Below, piece after piece: positions 18,332-31,879 of a DNA stretch of 64,000 nt (the first letter of the stretch is position 1; every line of letters starts with the position of its first letter). The position numbers and the translations under genes are program-made. The notes under the pieces were generated by a model. The model made no database searches. It was not told the origin of the DNA and saw only the letters and a list, made by a program, of their open reading frames with translations. Source of the DNA: Octopus sinensis (lineage: Eukaryota); the NCBI RefSeq assembly GCF_006345805.1, contig NC_043007.1, positions 54,126,001-54,190,000 of the forward strand, given 5' to 3'.

Positions 18332-18444
18332 TGATATGTTCTTTGGTCAGTATGAACAGAGAACTTATAAATAATGTTTTCTAGAAGACATTTATTGTTT
18401 AAATGGCAAGACAATCTTATTCAAAAATTATATAATTTTATTAT

Positions 18445-19020
18445 GACTTCTTGGTACATATAGTCTGTCTGTGTCACTTTTTGGGCTGAGTATTCCATAT
18501 CCAGTCAGCAACTTGCTTGTCATTCTATCTGAGCTGTTTAGTTTGTCTACTGTTCATGTGATTACTCCTGCTCCATATCTAAGGAGTGAAACCACCCAGG
18601 TGTTGAAAGCTTCAACCTTATTCTGTTTGTTTAATTTCAACTTAAGGTCAGTCTCAATCTGTGCAAGTACTCCACCTTAAATTTCTGTCATTTCTTTCTT
18701 CATCAATTTATACATTTCCAATATCCCCAAGTACTTATAGACCATCTATTCTATTTGCTTCATAACATCCCACAACAGTATTGCTAGCCTGTCCATACAT
18801 TTAATTTTGCCTCTCTTCAAGACTAATAGACCACACCTTTTCAGTCCAAACTCTATTCTGATATCAGCATTGAAAGTATACACTGTATCAACGAGGGAAC
18901 TGACTTGGGATTCATCTTTACCATAAAGTTTGAGGTCATCCATGAATAACAAGTGGTTGACTTTTTGTTGGCAGCTCTTGAATACACACACAGCCTTTGC
19001 TTTTCTCTGAATCAGTGTTA
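18445..19020 (-). pseudogene. R4/Dong-type RT fragment
   Basis: VNHLLFMDDLKLYG, YKYLGI and HPKSDTDRLYVPR-like motifs. Confidence 0.8.
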
Positions 19021-19073
19021 TTGTTATCATAATTGTTGTTATTAGGTCACAATAATTCATTAGAATTATTGTG

Positions 19074-19110
<37 letters not shown>

Positions 19111-19199
19111 GATCCACCACCACAATGAACATATTCAACATTATAATATATATTATGATAATTATTACCACTAAAAGCATTATCTATATCCCTATAATT

Positions 19200-21942
19200 A
19201 TTATGATTTGTATTTATAGTCTTTGAACAGCTTCAAATGCTGGAGATATACTACAGTGTTAGCTGTTCACTACCAGTGAACAAAGGTAACACCCCTTATT
19301 TTTCGAGCACAATCCAGAGTATTCGGACAGTACCAAGCAGTGCTGTTTTCTGCAAGTGCTCCACCTTTATTGCAGCCCCGATTTGCTCCATGTACTTCTC
19401 AAGATTTTTACTCACTGTTCCCAGGACTCCGACAATTATTGGTACTACTATCACTTTTTTCTGCGACCACAACTGCTTAACCTCCCAATCTAATCTGTCA
19501 TATCTATCGATTTTTCTTTCTTCCTTAGCACATACCTTGTTGTCAGCTGGGCATGCTATATCTATGATCTAGCATCGTTCGCTTTCTTTCTCAATTAACA
19601 CTATATCTGGTTTCCTATTCTCTATTTCATGGTTGCACTGAATCATAAAATCCCATAGGAACTTTACATTAGCATTTTCAATGATGCCTTTTTGTTGGCA
19701 GCTTCTGAATACACACCCAGCCTTTGCTTTCCTCTGAATCAATGTTAGTGGTATCATGTACAGTACAAAGATCAGTGGGGACAGGCAGTCCCCTTGGAAG
19801 ATGCTTTCCCTGATTTCTGTTGTCCCTAAACTTCTTCCATGTACTGTCAGTTCGGTCCTTCACTTTACAATACTTTTTCCAAGCAATTGCTCAATATTCG
19901 ATGCAATACCAAATAGGCTCATACATTCCATAATCCAAGAATGTGGGATCATATCGTATACCTTATGTTAATCGATCCATGATACTTACGCTTGCACCTC
20001 TTCTGGTCTTGTGGCAGGATTCCATTTTTTTCCAGATGCCTGTACATTAACTCTGCAACTATTCCAGTCAGTAATTTCCACATAAGTGGCAGGCAGGAAA
20101 TCGGCCTGTAATTACCTTTTTCAATGTTTTTCAAGCACAGCATTGTCCTACCCAATGTCAACCATTCTGGTGTTACTTGGTCGGCATTTAACAAGGTGTT
20201 GAGTTGTGCAGCTATTCATGCATGACATTCACCAAATATTTTGATCCAGTAGCCTTGAATTCCATCTGGTTCCAGGGCCTTCCAGTTGCCCATTTTTTTG
20301 CTGATTTCCTTCTCTTCCCTAACTGAAATGATTAGTTCTGCCTGTTGTGGACAGACTACTGTTTGTTTCAATTCTTGCAACCATTCAGCATCCTTCTTGT
20401 GTTCCTTGTCTTTGCTCTAGATATCACTCCAAAACCTTTGACTTTCAATGCTATCTGGTATCAACTTTTCATCTGTACACTCTCCATTTATTTCTTTGTA
20501 GAATCTTTTCTGATCCACTCTGAATAACCTATTCTGCTGGTATCCCTTCATTCTTTGATCGTATCTTTCCGTCTTTGCTTTCTTTGCAATGAGGTGCAGT
20601 TTCAGTTCCTCCATTACCATTTTTAGGCCCTTTCTTTCAATATCATACTTCCTGTTCAGTGCCTTGTATTTTTCTTATTTCTTTATTGCCCACAAGGGGC
20701 TAAACATAGAGGGGACAAACAAGGACAGACAAAGGGATTAAGTTGATTACATCGACCCCAGCGCGTTACTAGTACTTAATTTATCGACCCCAAAAGGATG
20801 AAAGGCAAAGTCAACCTCGGTGGAATTGGAACTCAGAACGTACCGGCAGACGAAATACTGCTAAGCATTTCGTCCAGCATGCTGACGTTTCTGCCAGCTC
20901 GTTACCTTAATACAGTGCCTTGTATTTTTGTTCACTTTTCAGCTCCCTCTTCTCTTTTTGGTCGAACACAGAAATATCACAGAAATATCAAGCGCATATC
21001 TAACCCCACCTGTATTCTTCTTTTCCACTAGGGATCTTTTCTTTTATCACTCCCATTATATTTCTTTTTCTTGACATCAACACCCACATTTTCTGCTACA
21101 ACAATACTTGCTGCCTTGATCAAATTATTTGTTTCTGTGATGTTTTTTGTTCTGATTTATTTCAGAATTTCATTCACATTTTTTATTTCTTGATTCAATT
21201 TCCACTGATCAACCTTTTTAAAGTTGTAAATAATGTTGCTATCATTCTCTTGTAGCCTTGCCTTTATTCTGTCATAGATTGGTTTTTGCCCATCTGTCAT
21301 ATCACAATTGCTTTTATTGTCTTCTTCTAGACCATCTATTTGTCTCTCATTGAACAAGACATCACTGTTCCTGTCCTGTGGTTTATTAGAGATCTCATCT
21401 CTGTTTTCTGCTATGAGATTACTTTTATCAGTAAGAAATGTATTTTCATCATTTCCTCTACTGCTGATTCCCAATACCCGTCTTTTGATAGCTTCAAGCT
21501 CTAATTCTGTGAACCAACGATTTTTTCTTATTGCTCTAGCTTGATCACATAATCTCTGTTCTGTGAGTTGAAACAATCCTCTTTCTCTCCATTGATCATA
21601 CATATGTTTTTGGCATCCCCTAATATGAGCATCATTTTCATCTACAGGGTTGCTCAGGTAGTAACACTCCATGGTCACAGCATTGACTTGTTTGTTTCAT
21701 CTACGCTGTATGCGCAGGTCTATTGCTGGATAACAACAGGCTGGAGCTGGACCAGTATCTCTGAGCCTGCCAGGTCACCATGAAGGGCTTCAATTTCATT
21801 ATCACTGTTATTCACAATATTTTGGTGCTTCATTGTCACTCATATGAGGTAGCGATTGTGCAATTACCAGTGTTTTTATTGTGACACCATCACTAGATGT
21901 ATCATCAGTCAGGACATGGGGAGATTCCAACCACTTCCTTTC
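19200..21942 (-). mobile_element. R4/Dong-type non-LTR retrotransposon (restriction-like endonuclease), internally deleted, in (AAT)n
   Basis: [11 protein letters not shown]-terminus, [10 protein letters not shown]-terminal LWDF..RKPDIVL endonuclease; AAT repeats at both ends. Confidence 0.85.
20686..20905 (-). mobile_element. tRNA-derived SINE with Nin/Deu-like domain
   Basis: B-box-like GAGTTCCAATTCC and GCCTTTCATCCTTT.GGGGTCGATAAATTAAGTAC; copies at 38653-38872 and ~27740-27920. Confidence 0.8.
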
Positions 21943-22407
21943 ATTATTATTATTATCATCACTGATATTATGATTTTCAATTTTTACTATTTGTCATTGT
22001 TAATATTTCCTCTGATCTGACATGAGTTTTGGCAAATTGTCATTAATACTTTCATGTTAGTACTTGGCTCTATTAGCATAGACAATTTGATAGAGCACTG
22101 CTTCTATAAATATAAACAAACAAATGTAGTCAAATGCGACAAAGAAACAAACCAAAAACTAATATCCACCCCTATTTTTTCCATGTGGGGTATATATTTG
22201 TTTAACGCTGTGGGGTGGGGTGGGGTATGTTAATGTCCTGTTTGTATTTCTAATTGTGTACCATTTCTCCATTTTTTTCTTTTCGTCTTAGATTTCCTTG
22301 GGGCCAAAACTGCAAAGATGGTCTGCTTCTCAACTGAAGATTGAGAGCTCCAAATATCCCGTCCTTGTTTTTCCTGTCCTTTTTCGTATCGCCTACTATC
22401 TGAATGT

Positions 22408-22636
22408 TTTGTTGTCGCCTGTTATGTTCTTGTTACATTTTTTATTTTGCTTTTTTATATATACATATAGAAGCATACGTACACTTTTGGTCTCCTGTAT
22501 GTAAGTACATAAATATATATATATATATATATATGTACTTACATACAGGAGACCAAAAGCGTATGTATGCTGCTATATGTATATATTAAAAAGCAAAACA
22601 AAAAATGTAACAAGAACGTAACAGGCGACAATAAAA
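22408..22636. repeat. Fold-back palindrome centred on (TA)n, between two direct copies (22304-22450, 22681-22830)
   Basis: ~100-bp arms are reverse complements across the (TA)n at 22511-22534. Confidence 0.85.
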
Positions 22637-23694
22637 TCCAAATTCTGCATGACTCTTATTCTTTCCTCTTGATTAACCAGCCAAAACTGCAAAGACGATC
22701 TGCTTCTCGACTGAAAATTGAAAGCTCCGAATGCCCTGTCCTTGTTTTTTTCCTGTCCTTTTTTGTATCACCTACTGTCCTAAAGTTTTGTTGTCACCTG
22801 TTACGTTCTTGTTCCATTTTTTGTTTTGATTATATATATATATTATATATATATATATATCTGTTTGATGCTTTTGTGATCAATAATGACTAGTCTTTGT
22901 CATTTGTTTTTATTCAATTCACTTATGTGTGTGTGTACTTATTTATACATTACTTAATGTTATTTTTAAATATTAAAATGTGTCCATGTAAAACTGGGCT
23001 GTATACTTAATTAATTAGTTTATGTACATACTTGTTTGGGATGTGTACTTAATTGGATACAGTCCTATATGTACTTACTCAGATATAGTCCAACACTTTT
23101 AATGAGTATTACTTACTTAGGTGTAGTCCAGCACTTTGTCAGTGTGGCAAGCATGTTTACTTGTGTTGTGTGAGTAACAGAGGTGACACACAGTTAAAAT
23201 ACATCGTTTCATTCGGAAAATAGAAATAAATTTTAATGAGTATTACTTACTCAGATATAGTCCAACACTTTGTCAGTTATTTTAGGCTCCATTTGTTGTC
23301 TTTATTTCCAATGTTTTTGGATGGATTTTGGAATAGTGTTTTATTGCTCTCACATGTTAAACGTTCCTGGTGTTCTCTGATTGTTACTAGTATTATTACT
23401 ATAATCATTATTACCACTATTACTAGTTTTATTATCAGTAGTAGTAGTAATAAAAGTAGTAGCGGTAACAGTAGTATTTGAAATAGAAGTAGTATTTGTA
23501 TTATTTCTATTATTATTTTTATTATAGGCATAATGATTATTGATATTATTTAATTAGGAGAATTTTATACTGTATTTGTTGAATAGTTTATGTTATTTAT
23601 TATTAGGTGGAAAATATTTCTCTAATGCTTGAAAGAATAAAGAAGACATTTTAATAGATACATGACTACTAAAGGGAGCATTATACCATGTGTG

Positions 23695-23945
23695 TGTGTG
23701 GCTGTGATAAGAAGCTTGCTTCCCAACCACATGGTTCCAAGTTCAGTCCCACTCAGAGACAAGTATCTTTTACTATAGCCTCAGGCTGACTGACTAATGT
23801 TGATATGTTTGTGTCCCTGTAGCTTCGTGGTTCAACAAAAGAGAATGATTAAACAAAGAATAAGCCCTGGGGTCGATTTATTTAACTAAAGGTGGTGCTC
23901 CAGCATGGCTACAGTCAAATGACTGAAACAAGTAAACGAATAAAA
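23695..23945 (+). mobile_element. Degenerate tRNA/CORE-like SINE
   Basis: Similar to 911-1312 with private deletions. Confidence 0.8.
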
Positions 23946-23947
23946 GA

Positions 23948-23992
<45 letters not shown>

Positions 23993-25134
23993 ATATAAGC
24001 TATAAACCTGTAGTGATGGATAGATGTAGAGTGACCACTCATCACAATAATATCAAATTTAAACCTCCCCACCCCGCCGAAACTAGGAAGTGATTTACGA
24101 CCCTTACTCCCAAAACAAAACCCTAAAACCTATTATCAGACATTTATCTCTATATCACAGAACTTTTGTTTTACTATTGTGCGTATGTATGTACGTACGT
24201 ACGTACGTACGTACGTACGTACGTATGTACGTATGTACGTATGTATGTATGTATGTATGTATGTATGTATGTATGTATGTATGTGTGTGTGTATGTACAT
24301 ACGTACGCATGTGCGTATGTATGTATACGCGCACGTATGCATGTGCCCATGTATGTGTGTGCGTACATGTACGTGTGTATGCCCATACGTAGGTATGTAT
24401 GTATGTATGTTTGTACTCATGTGCTACGTATGTATGTGAGTGTCTAGGAGAATGGGCAGACGCGTCTGTGAGAGTGTGTACATGTGTATGTGTATGTGAA
24501 CGTATGTCCGTGTACTGGCATGTGTCCGTCCAAGTTGTGTACATGACTGTTACTTTGTTGAAGGTTGTATACATACTCACATATGTTTGTATAGACGCAC
24601 ACACATATATATGTGTGTGGGTGTGTGTTTGTTCCTCTCACCACCGTCTAACTGTGAATGAATACAACGCCTAAGTGCAACTGTGCACATATAACCATAT
24701 CCATATACGCAAGTACACACAATCATATAGGCACACTCATAGATATACATATAATCTTAAAATACTCGTATATTCTAATCCACTTCTACATACATATGTC
24801 CTATTACACACATACACACACACACGCATACACACCGCATAAACATACATACGCACACTTACACATACATACATACAAAAACCGACACAGTATTTTATAT
24901 ATATATATATGCATAAACGCATACATATACAATACATACATACAACCACACATGCTCACACGTGTATGCATGTGCATTTAAAAAAAAAAATTTTTATAGC
25001 ATCACACACGCACGTACGTATCAAACAACGTACGCTCATACGGTTATATATAACTGCACATACGCATCGCAACATGTATGTAAGGATTACAAGTAAACAA
25101 GAGAGAGAGAGAGAGAAAGAGAGGGGTGGTTATA

Positions 25135-25670
25135 GAATAGTCCTTCTGAATGGGATCTAGATGTTACTCCATTCGGATTTTCGGTTGAGAGTAGGTTTGT
25201 ATTCTTGTATACAAACAGCTTCTGTGACCTGTCTCAACATTGCATCGGCAGGATGTGTTGATAGGATGTTCAACTTAAGTTTCCCTAAGGATCCTTTGTG
25301 GCAGTCTACAGCATGTTGGTAGAAGATGGAGTTTGGCTTCCTTTCAATGTAGTTGTCCAGGTGTTCTTTGAACCTATCATTGATGCTTCTAGAAGTCTCA
25401 CCTATGTATGACTCTGGGTTAGTCGCGCAAGCTCCTTCTTGGCACTTAATCTGGTATACAGTGCCCTTGGTTTTGCAGTTTACATGTGGATTTGTCGAAC
25501 ATACTGCACAATTACTTTGACATGTGATTCTATCAAATGGATATGATCTGCATAATGCCGATTTGATAGTCCTACCTGTCTTTTCTACAACTTTGATTTT
25601 AAGGCCAGTAGTGCACAGGATTTTCTTGAATGCCTTACTTAGCTCGTTCTTAGGTGTGGCATTTACTTGT
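25135..25670 (-). pseudogene. Penelope-like GIY-YIG endonuclease (3' end of a 5'-truncated element)
   Basis: Hand translation: CKTKGTVYQIKC...YIGETSRSINDRFKEH...RQVTEAVCI..KPTLNRKSEW; microsatellite-rich 3' UTR extends to ~24000. Confidence 0.8.
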
Positions 25671-25889
25671 GACGTTTAGGTGTGACGTTTAGGTGTGGCG
25701 TTTACTTATTCGTTTACTTGTTTCAGTCATTTGACTGTAGCCATGCTGGAGCACCACCTTTAGTTAAATAAATCGACCCCAGGGCTTATTCTTTGTTTAA
25801 TCATTCTCTTTTGTTGAACCACGAAGCTACAGGGACACAAACATATCAATATTAGTCAGTCAGCCTGAGGCTATAGTAAAAGATCCTAC

Positions 25890-27680
25890 AGAGGGACCAA
25901 CTATCCCAGTTGATAGCTCCATGATAAATAAGGCAAATAAAGATATGAGGACAGGGAAAAACCTTGGTTTATCAGAAGTCACTGCTGCGATGCTTAAGAT
26001 ATCTGCTAGAGTTGGATATGGTCTAGTCACCCATATAGATAATTATATTATTCAGGAAGGCATTATCTCCAGTGACTAGTGTAGCAGCATCATAGTCAGC
26101 TGCTGCAAGAGTAAGGGAGATAGAAGTAATTATAGAGGCATCAAACTACTGGACAGGTGCTAAAAGTTACAGAGAGAGTTATAGCTCAATTAATTAGGAA
26201 CTGAATTAGACAAGATGAAATTTATTTTGGCTTTGTCCCAGGATGCTATTTTCACCACGGATGCTATTTTCATAGTCAGGCAACTGCAAGAAGAAGCCAT
26301 TGTACTTAGCATTTGCTGAGCTGGAGAAAGCCTTCGATAGAGTACCTCGCTCTGTGATATGGTGGTCTCTAAGGAAGCTAGGGGTAGATGGATAGCTTGT
26401 GAAAGCAATACATGCCATGTACAGGGGTGAAGGTAAGAGATAGTGATGAATTTAGTGAACAGGTAGGTGTTCACCAAGACTCAGTCTTCAGCCCCATCCC
26501 ATTCATTGTCCTCCTCCAGGCCATAACAGAGAAATTTAAGACTGGAAGCCCATGAAACAACTGTATGTGGATGATCTTGCCATCATAGCAGATTCTGTAA
26601 CAGAATTAGAAAAGAAATTCCAGGTATGAAAACAAAACCTGGAATCAAAGGGTTTTAAAGTTAACTTAGCAATGACCAAGGTTCTACTTAACAAGAAATC
26701 AGACAGGACCCTACCTGCTTCAGGTAAATGGCCCTGCCCTCTATGTAGTCAGAAATTCCATTTGGTGTACCTAGTGCAAGCTATGGACACACAAGAGGTG
26801 CAGTGAAATAGTTTGAAGATTAACAGAGAAAATAGTGGTTGTATGTACATGAGCCATAAAGACAACAAATACACAAGGAACTGATTTCCTCAAATGACCT
26901 GGAAGTAATAGATAACTTCTTCTACTTAGGTGACCTAATTAGCAATGGAGGAAGATGTACCAAAAGTGTAATAGCTAGAATAAGTATAGGACAGAGAAAG
27001 TTCAGAGAGCTTTTACCTCTGTTGGCAATCAAAGGTGTCTCCAAGTGATAGGAAGATTGTATGATGCATGTGTACAAACTACAACGCTGTTTGGTAGTGA
27101 GACATGGGCCTTGAATGTAGAGGACATGCTGAGATTAGAGACAAATGAAGCTGGTATGATCCGCTGGTTGTGCAATGTCATTGTCATGCATGCTCAAAGT
27201 ACTAGTGTACTGGACAAAAAGTTTGGCATGAGAGGAATTAGATGCAGTGTGCAAGAGAGAAAACTTCACTGGTTTGGTCATGTGATGCATGTGGATGAGG
27301 ACAATTGCATAAAAAAGTGCCAATCAAAGTGGATGGAAGTTGTGGAAGAGGGAAATTGAGAAAGACATGGAATGAAGTATTGAAGGCCAATCTAAAAATG
27401 CTGAGCCTTACCAAGGAGATAAAAAAGAACCAAGATTTATGATGCATTGCTGTACTCAAGAAGATCTGTCCTCCACAACAGAATTGATGTCCTAAAACCA
27501 TGGTGTCATGTAAAAAGCACTGGTGACAGTGACAATACACTCTGAAAAGGCATCCAGCTGTAGAAACCAAGCCAAAACAGACTATGGAACCTAATGCAGC
27601 CCCCTAGCCTTGCCAACTCCTGTCAAGCCAAACAACCCATGCTAGCTTGGAAAACATACATTAAATGATGATGATGATCA
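25890..27680 (+). mobile_element. Degenerate RTE-clade LINE (RT and 3' UTR)
   Basis: YRGIKLL, TDAIFIVRQLQE, LEKAFDRVPR, LYVDDL, GSETW and WFGHV motifs; (GAT)n tail. Confidence 0.85.
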
Positions 27681-28392
27681 TCATGTATACAAGCACAAGC
27701 TAACACACAGATGATATAACTGTAATTTAAGCACAAGGCCAGCAAATTTATGGGCTGGGTGTTCAGTCAATAGCATCAACTCCATTATTTGACTGGTACT
27801 TTATTTTATTGATCCTGGAAGGATGAAAGACAAAGTTGACCTCAGCATGATTTAAATCCAGAAGCTATAGAGCCTGAGCAAATACCAGTAAGCAATTTAT
27901 CTAATACTATAGCAATTCCACCAATTTACTGTGACATCATTCATAAGCATATATATCTAAAACACCCACACATCAATTAAGCAATTCCATACTGTTAACC
28001 TCAGAAGTCATTTTTATTGTTATGTGCTGCACAAATGATAAACCCCAGAATTCAGTCAAGTCCGTGCACTGCACAAATGTTTACCAATGATATTAACTTA
28101 GAAATCCAGTGATAGTCATTACAAAAATTCAACCTTAGCTTCATTAAATTAACTTTATCATTGACTTTTTTAAAACTGAAACCCTGTTTCTTTGGGCTTA
28201 TAACACATTAAAGAAAGCATTAAAGCAAAAGTTCCTTGTAGATCCATATACTAATAAACAAACACACACACCATCCACAAACATACATACAAGCTACTTT
28301 TAAAAATAGATTGAAGATAATTTAGTTCCTCTGCTGACTAATACTTTCAAGTGATAAATAACCAGTGTTTTAAGATAAATTCTACAACTGAC

Positions 28393-28440
28393 CTTGTGTC
28401 CTAATTTGCCATAAAGTTTGTCAGTAAGATGCAGAGTTAT
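28393..28440 (-). CDS. Candidate isolated host exon (ITLHLTDKLYGKLGHK), gene unknown
   Basis: ttaatccttacAG acceptor, 48-nt open phase 0-0 exon, AAG|GTCAGT donor, in an apparently non-repetitive stretch. Confidence 0.3.
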
Positions 28441-28778
28441 CTGTAAGGATTAACTCAGTTAACAGGGTTGGTACACATTCAAGCATTTAGTGCAAACACT
28501 AGACTTTTTCATCAACAAAACCACAATATGTAACTATTCACTAGATGTACATTTTTGTTGTTTATATCATACCATAACTTATCTTCTGTTAGAGCCATTC
28601 AAATTAGACTAAGGAGCGTGTTTTCTATATAAACACAAAATAAATACAGCACACTTCAATAACATACCTATCATTGAACAATATTATTAACCAACCTAAA
28701 TTTGTATGATTTTGAAGTAACAAAAAAGCTGGTATATTATATTCATTCTGTGTTCCTTTTATTTTTGCTATTATAATA

Positions 28779-28812
<34 letters not shown>

Positions 28813-28815
<3 letters not shown>

Positions 28816-31742
28816 TAGTTTTATTTTTATAGCGTGCTTTCACTTCACTACCGAGCACAGCTCTGTGTGCCTTGGGTATGTGCTGTGATTTGTTGTGATG
28901 CTCTGATGGTTATTGTATGGAAAGTGTTCTGCGTAGGATGTGTGCAGTGCCTAGTAGTGCAATTTTCTGTATGTTATATGTGTTTGTAAGTCCTGGTGTT
29001 TTGTTATGTATTTGCCTGAATATTTTTTTATCATGCCTAATGCACCTACTATGATAGGAATGTTTCTGTTTTCAGATTCCACATTCTAGTTACCTCTATT
29101 TCCAGGTCTTTGTATTTTGAGAGTTTCTCCATTTCTTTTAGAGACACGTTGTCATCAGCCGGTATTGATACATCAATTAGAAAGCATTTTTTTCTTCATG
29201 ATCTCTGACAACTATATCTGGTCTGTTGGCCTTAATTTCTATATCTGTGTGTATCGGCATATCCAGAGTATGGTTGCTTTCTCGTTTTCTGTGACCTTTT
29301 CTGGTGTGTGCCTATACCATCTTTTTTCTGTTGTTATTCCATAATGTTGGCATAGCTTCCAATGTATGTAGGTTCCAACTCTGTCATGTCTGTGAATATA
29401 TTCCTTCTTAGCCAGACTGGGCAGCTAGAGATAATATGATTTATTGTTTCTTGTCCATCTCCACATATTCTGCAGTTACTTGTAATATTTCTTTTCATTA
29501 CATGTTTTTGGTAATTTCTGGTGGGGAGGCTTTGGTCTTGTGCTGCAATTAAAAATCCCTCTGTTTCTGCTTTGAGTCCTGAGCTTCTCAACCATTGCTG
29601 GGATTTTTCTTTGTCTATTTCTTTTGCGTTTAGTTTAGTCCAGTATTTACCATGAAGGGGCTTTTCTTGCCATCGTTTTATCATGGTTCGTTGCTGTTCT
29701 ATTTTTAGTTTGGATTTCATTTGTTTTATAGCTTTTGTTGTTTCTTCATCTTCTTCTTCTTCTTCATGTTTATTAGGTGGTATGATTTCTTGTTGTATTT
29801 GTCAGCTTCCTCAAATACTGAGAACAGTTTTTTGTTTTGCTCGTGTTTTGCCGCTATCTGGATCAGTTTTCCTTCCTTCTGAAGTAGATATTTTTGCAGT
29901 CCTATGGTGGTTATTTTATAGTAGTTTTCCAGCTGTATAAGGTCTCTACCACCTTCTATACGTTGTATATATAGTCTTTCTATGTCAGATTTTGGGTGAT
30001 GTATCCTAGATCCTGTCATTATTTTCTTGTTTTCCTATCTATTTTGGTCAGTTCATTCGTGTCCAGTTAAGGATATTGTAGCTGTAACTTATAACTGGGA
30101 CAGCTAAAGTGTTGATACCTATTATCTGTTTTTAGCATTGAGCTCTGTGTTTAGTATTGATCTAACTCGTCTATAATATTCTTTTTTATTTCTCTTTCAT
30201 TTGTGTGTGTTGTGTCTTATCTAGTTCATGGATTCCTAAGTATTTGTAAGTTTGGCTTTGGTCTAATCTTTTATTTTATTGGTTTTATCTAGTGTGATGT
30301 TGTTACTCTTAACTAGTTTTCCTCTTTTCAGGGTTACTTTGGCGCATTTTTCTAATCCAATTTCATATCTATTTTTGGTAAATCCATGAACTGTCTTTAA
30401 TAGTGTTTCCAGCTGTTTGTCATTTGCAGCGTATAGTTTTAGGTCATCCATATATAAAAGGTGGCTGATCGTTTTGCCGTAACATTTATATCCGCATCCA
30501 GTTCTATTTAGCATATCAGATAGAGGTGACAGTACCAAGCAGAAAAGGAGTGGAGAGCGTGTCTCCCTGGAATATTCCTCTTCTAATGGGGATGTCTTTG
30601 GTTTTCATGAGTCCCTCTTTTGTTTGGAGGTGTAGGACTGTTTGCCATTTATTCATAGAGTGCTCTATGAATTTTATGATTGTTGGTGTGCTACTTTGTT
30701 AATGGCTAGTGTTTCGAGGATCCATGTGTGGGGGATGCTATCAAACGCTTTTTGTAGTCAATCCAGGCCATACTGAGGCCTTTCTTCTTTCTGTGGCTGT
30801 CTTCAGTTACGGCTTTATTAATCATTAGTTGATCTTTACAGCCATATGAGCCTTTGCGGCATCCTTTCTGCTCTTCTGGGAACAGTTTGTTTTCGTCCAG
30901 GTGCTTGTTCAGCCTTTGTGATATCACTGCAGTAAATGCCTTGAACATAGTAGGGAGGCAGGTTATTGGTCTGTAGTTTTCTGGTTTTTCTGTTTCATTT
31001 GATTTGGGAATTAAGATGGTTTTCCCCTTCGTGAGCCATTCAGGCATTGTCTCTGGCTCTGCTAGTACTTTGTTAAAGTTTTCAGCCAGCTTTTAGTGCA
31101 TTCCTGTTAGATATTTCAACCAGAAGTTGGGGATCTTGTCATGCCCAGGTGCCTTCCAGTTGCTTAGTCTTTGCAGTGCCTGGGTGACCTCTTCAGTTGT
31201 TATGGGGGTCCAAAGTTGTTCAGATGCCAAGTTTGTTATTCTGATACTCCTTTTTTTTGGTGGTTCGTTCGCTGACCATATTTCTCCCCAGAATTCTTCC
31301 AATTCTTCTGCCGTTGGTGCTGCAGTGACTTCTATTTTATTTTTTCCCAGTTCTTGGTAGAACTTTTTGGGGTTAGAGTTGAACTTTTTGTTTTCTTCAA
31401 AGAAGCGTTGGCGTTTCTTGTACCAGCGGATCCTTTGTGCTTTGGCAAGGATATCTTGCTTCAGCTTTTCTTTTATTTCAGGCAAATCTTTCTCTGTGAT
31501 TTTATATTTGCGGAGTATTTTTGTTCTCATTTTGTTGCTCAGTAGCGTTGATTGTTTGCTGATTTCATTAAGAATCGACAGGTCTTTTCTAATTTTTTTT
31601 ATTTTGCTTTGGATGTTATTTATCCACAGAGTTTGTTTGGGTGGTGGTACTCCTGTTTGGGCAGGTTTGGGTGAGTATCCAGCTTCTTTTGTGGCTGCAG
31701 TGGCTGCTGCGTATATTAGGTTATTTAGCTCAGTGATATCAC

Positions 31743-31745
<3 letters not shown>
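28813..31745 (-). mobile_element. R4/Dong-type LINE, 5' truncated and frameshifted, flanked by (AAT)n
   Basis: NWKAPGHD, NYRPITCLP, HLLYMDDLKLYA, CRICGDGQETINHIISSC zinc finger, endonuclease remnants; (AAT)n at 28780-28812 and 31748-31879. Confidence 0.9.
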
Positions 31746-31800
<55 letters not shown>

Positions 31801-31831
31801 CATTATTATTATCATTATTATTATTATTATA

Positions 31832-31879
<48 letters not shown>

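Noticed and set aside
21880-21925. CTGATGA or HDV-like ribozyme at the Dong 5' end
   Set aside because: No matching GAAA/stem II, and no HDV pseudoknot could be built by eye
22300-22350. Type II hammerhead-like order (AAAAC..GGTC..CTGAAGA)
   Set aside because: GAAA is absent, and stems I and II do not pair in either copy
24090-25160. Many overlapping ORFs
   Set aside because: Translations of (TATG)n, (CA)n and (TACG)n microsatellites
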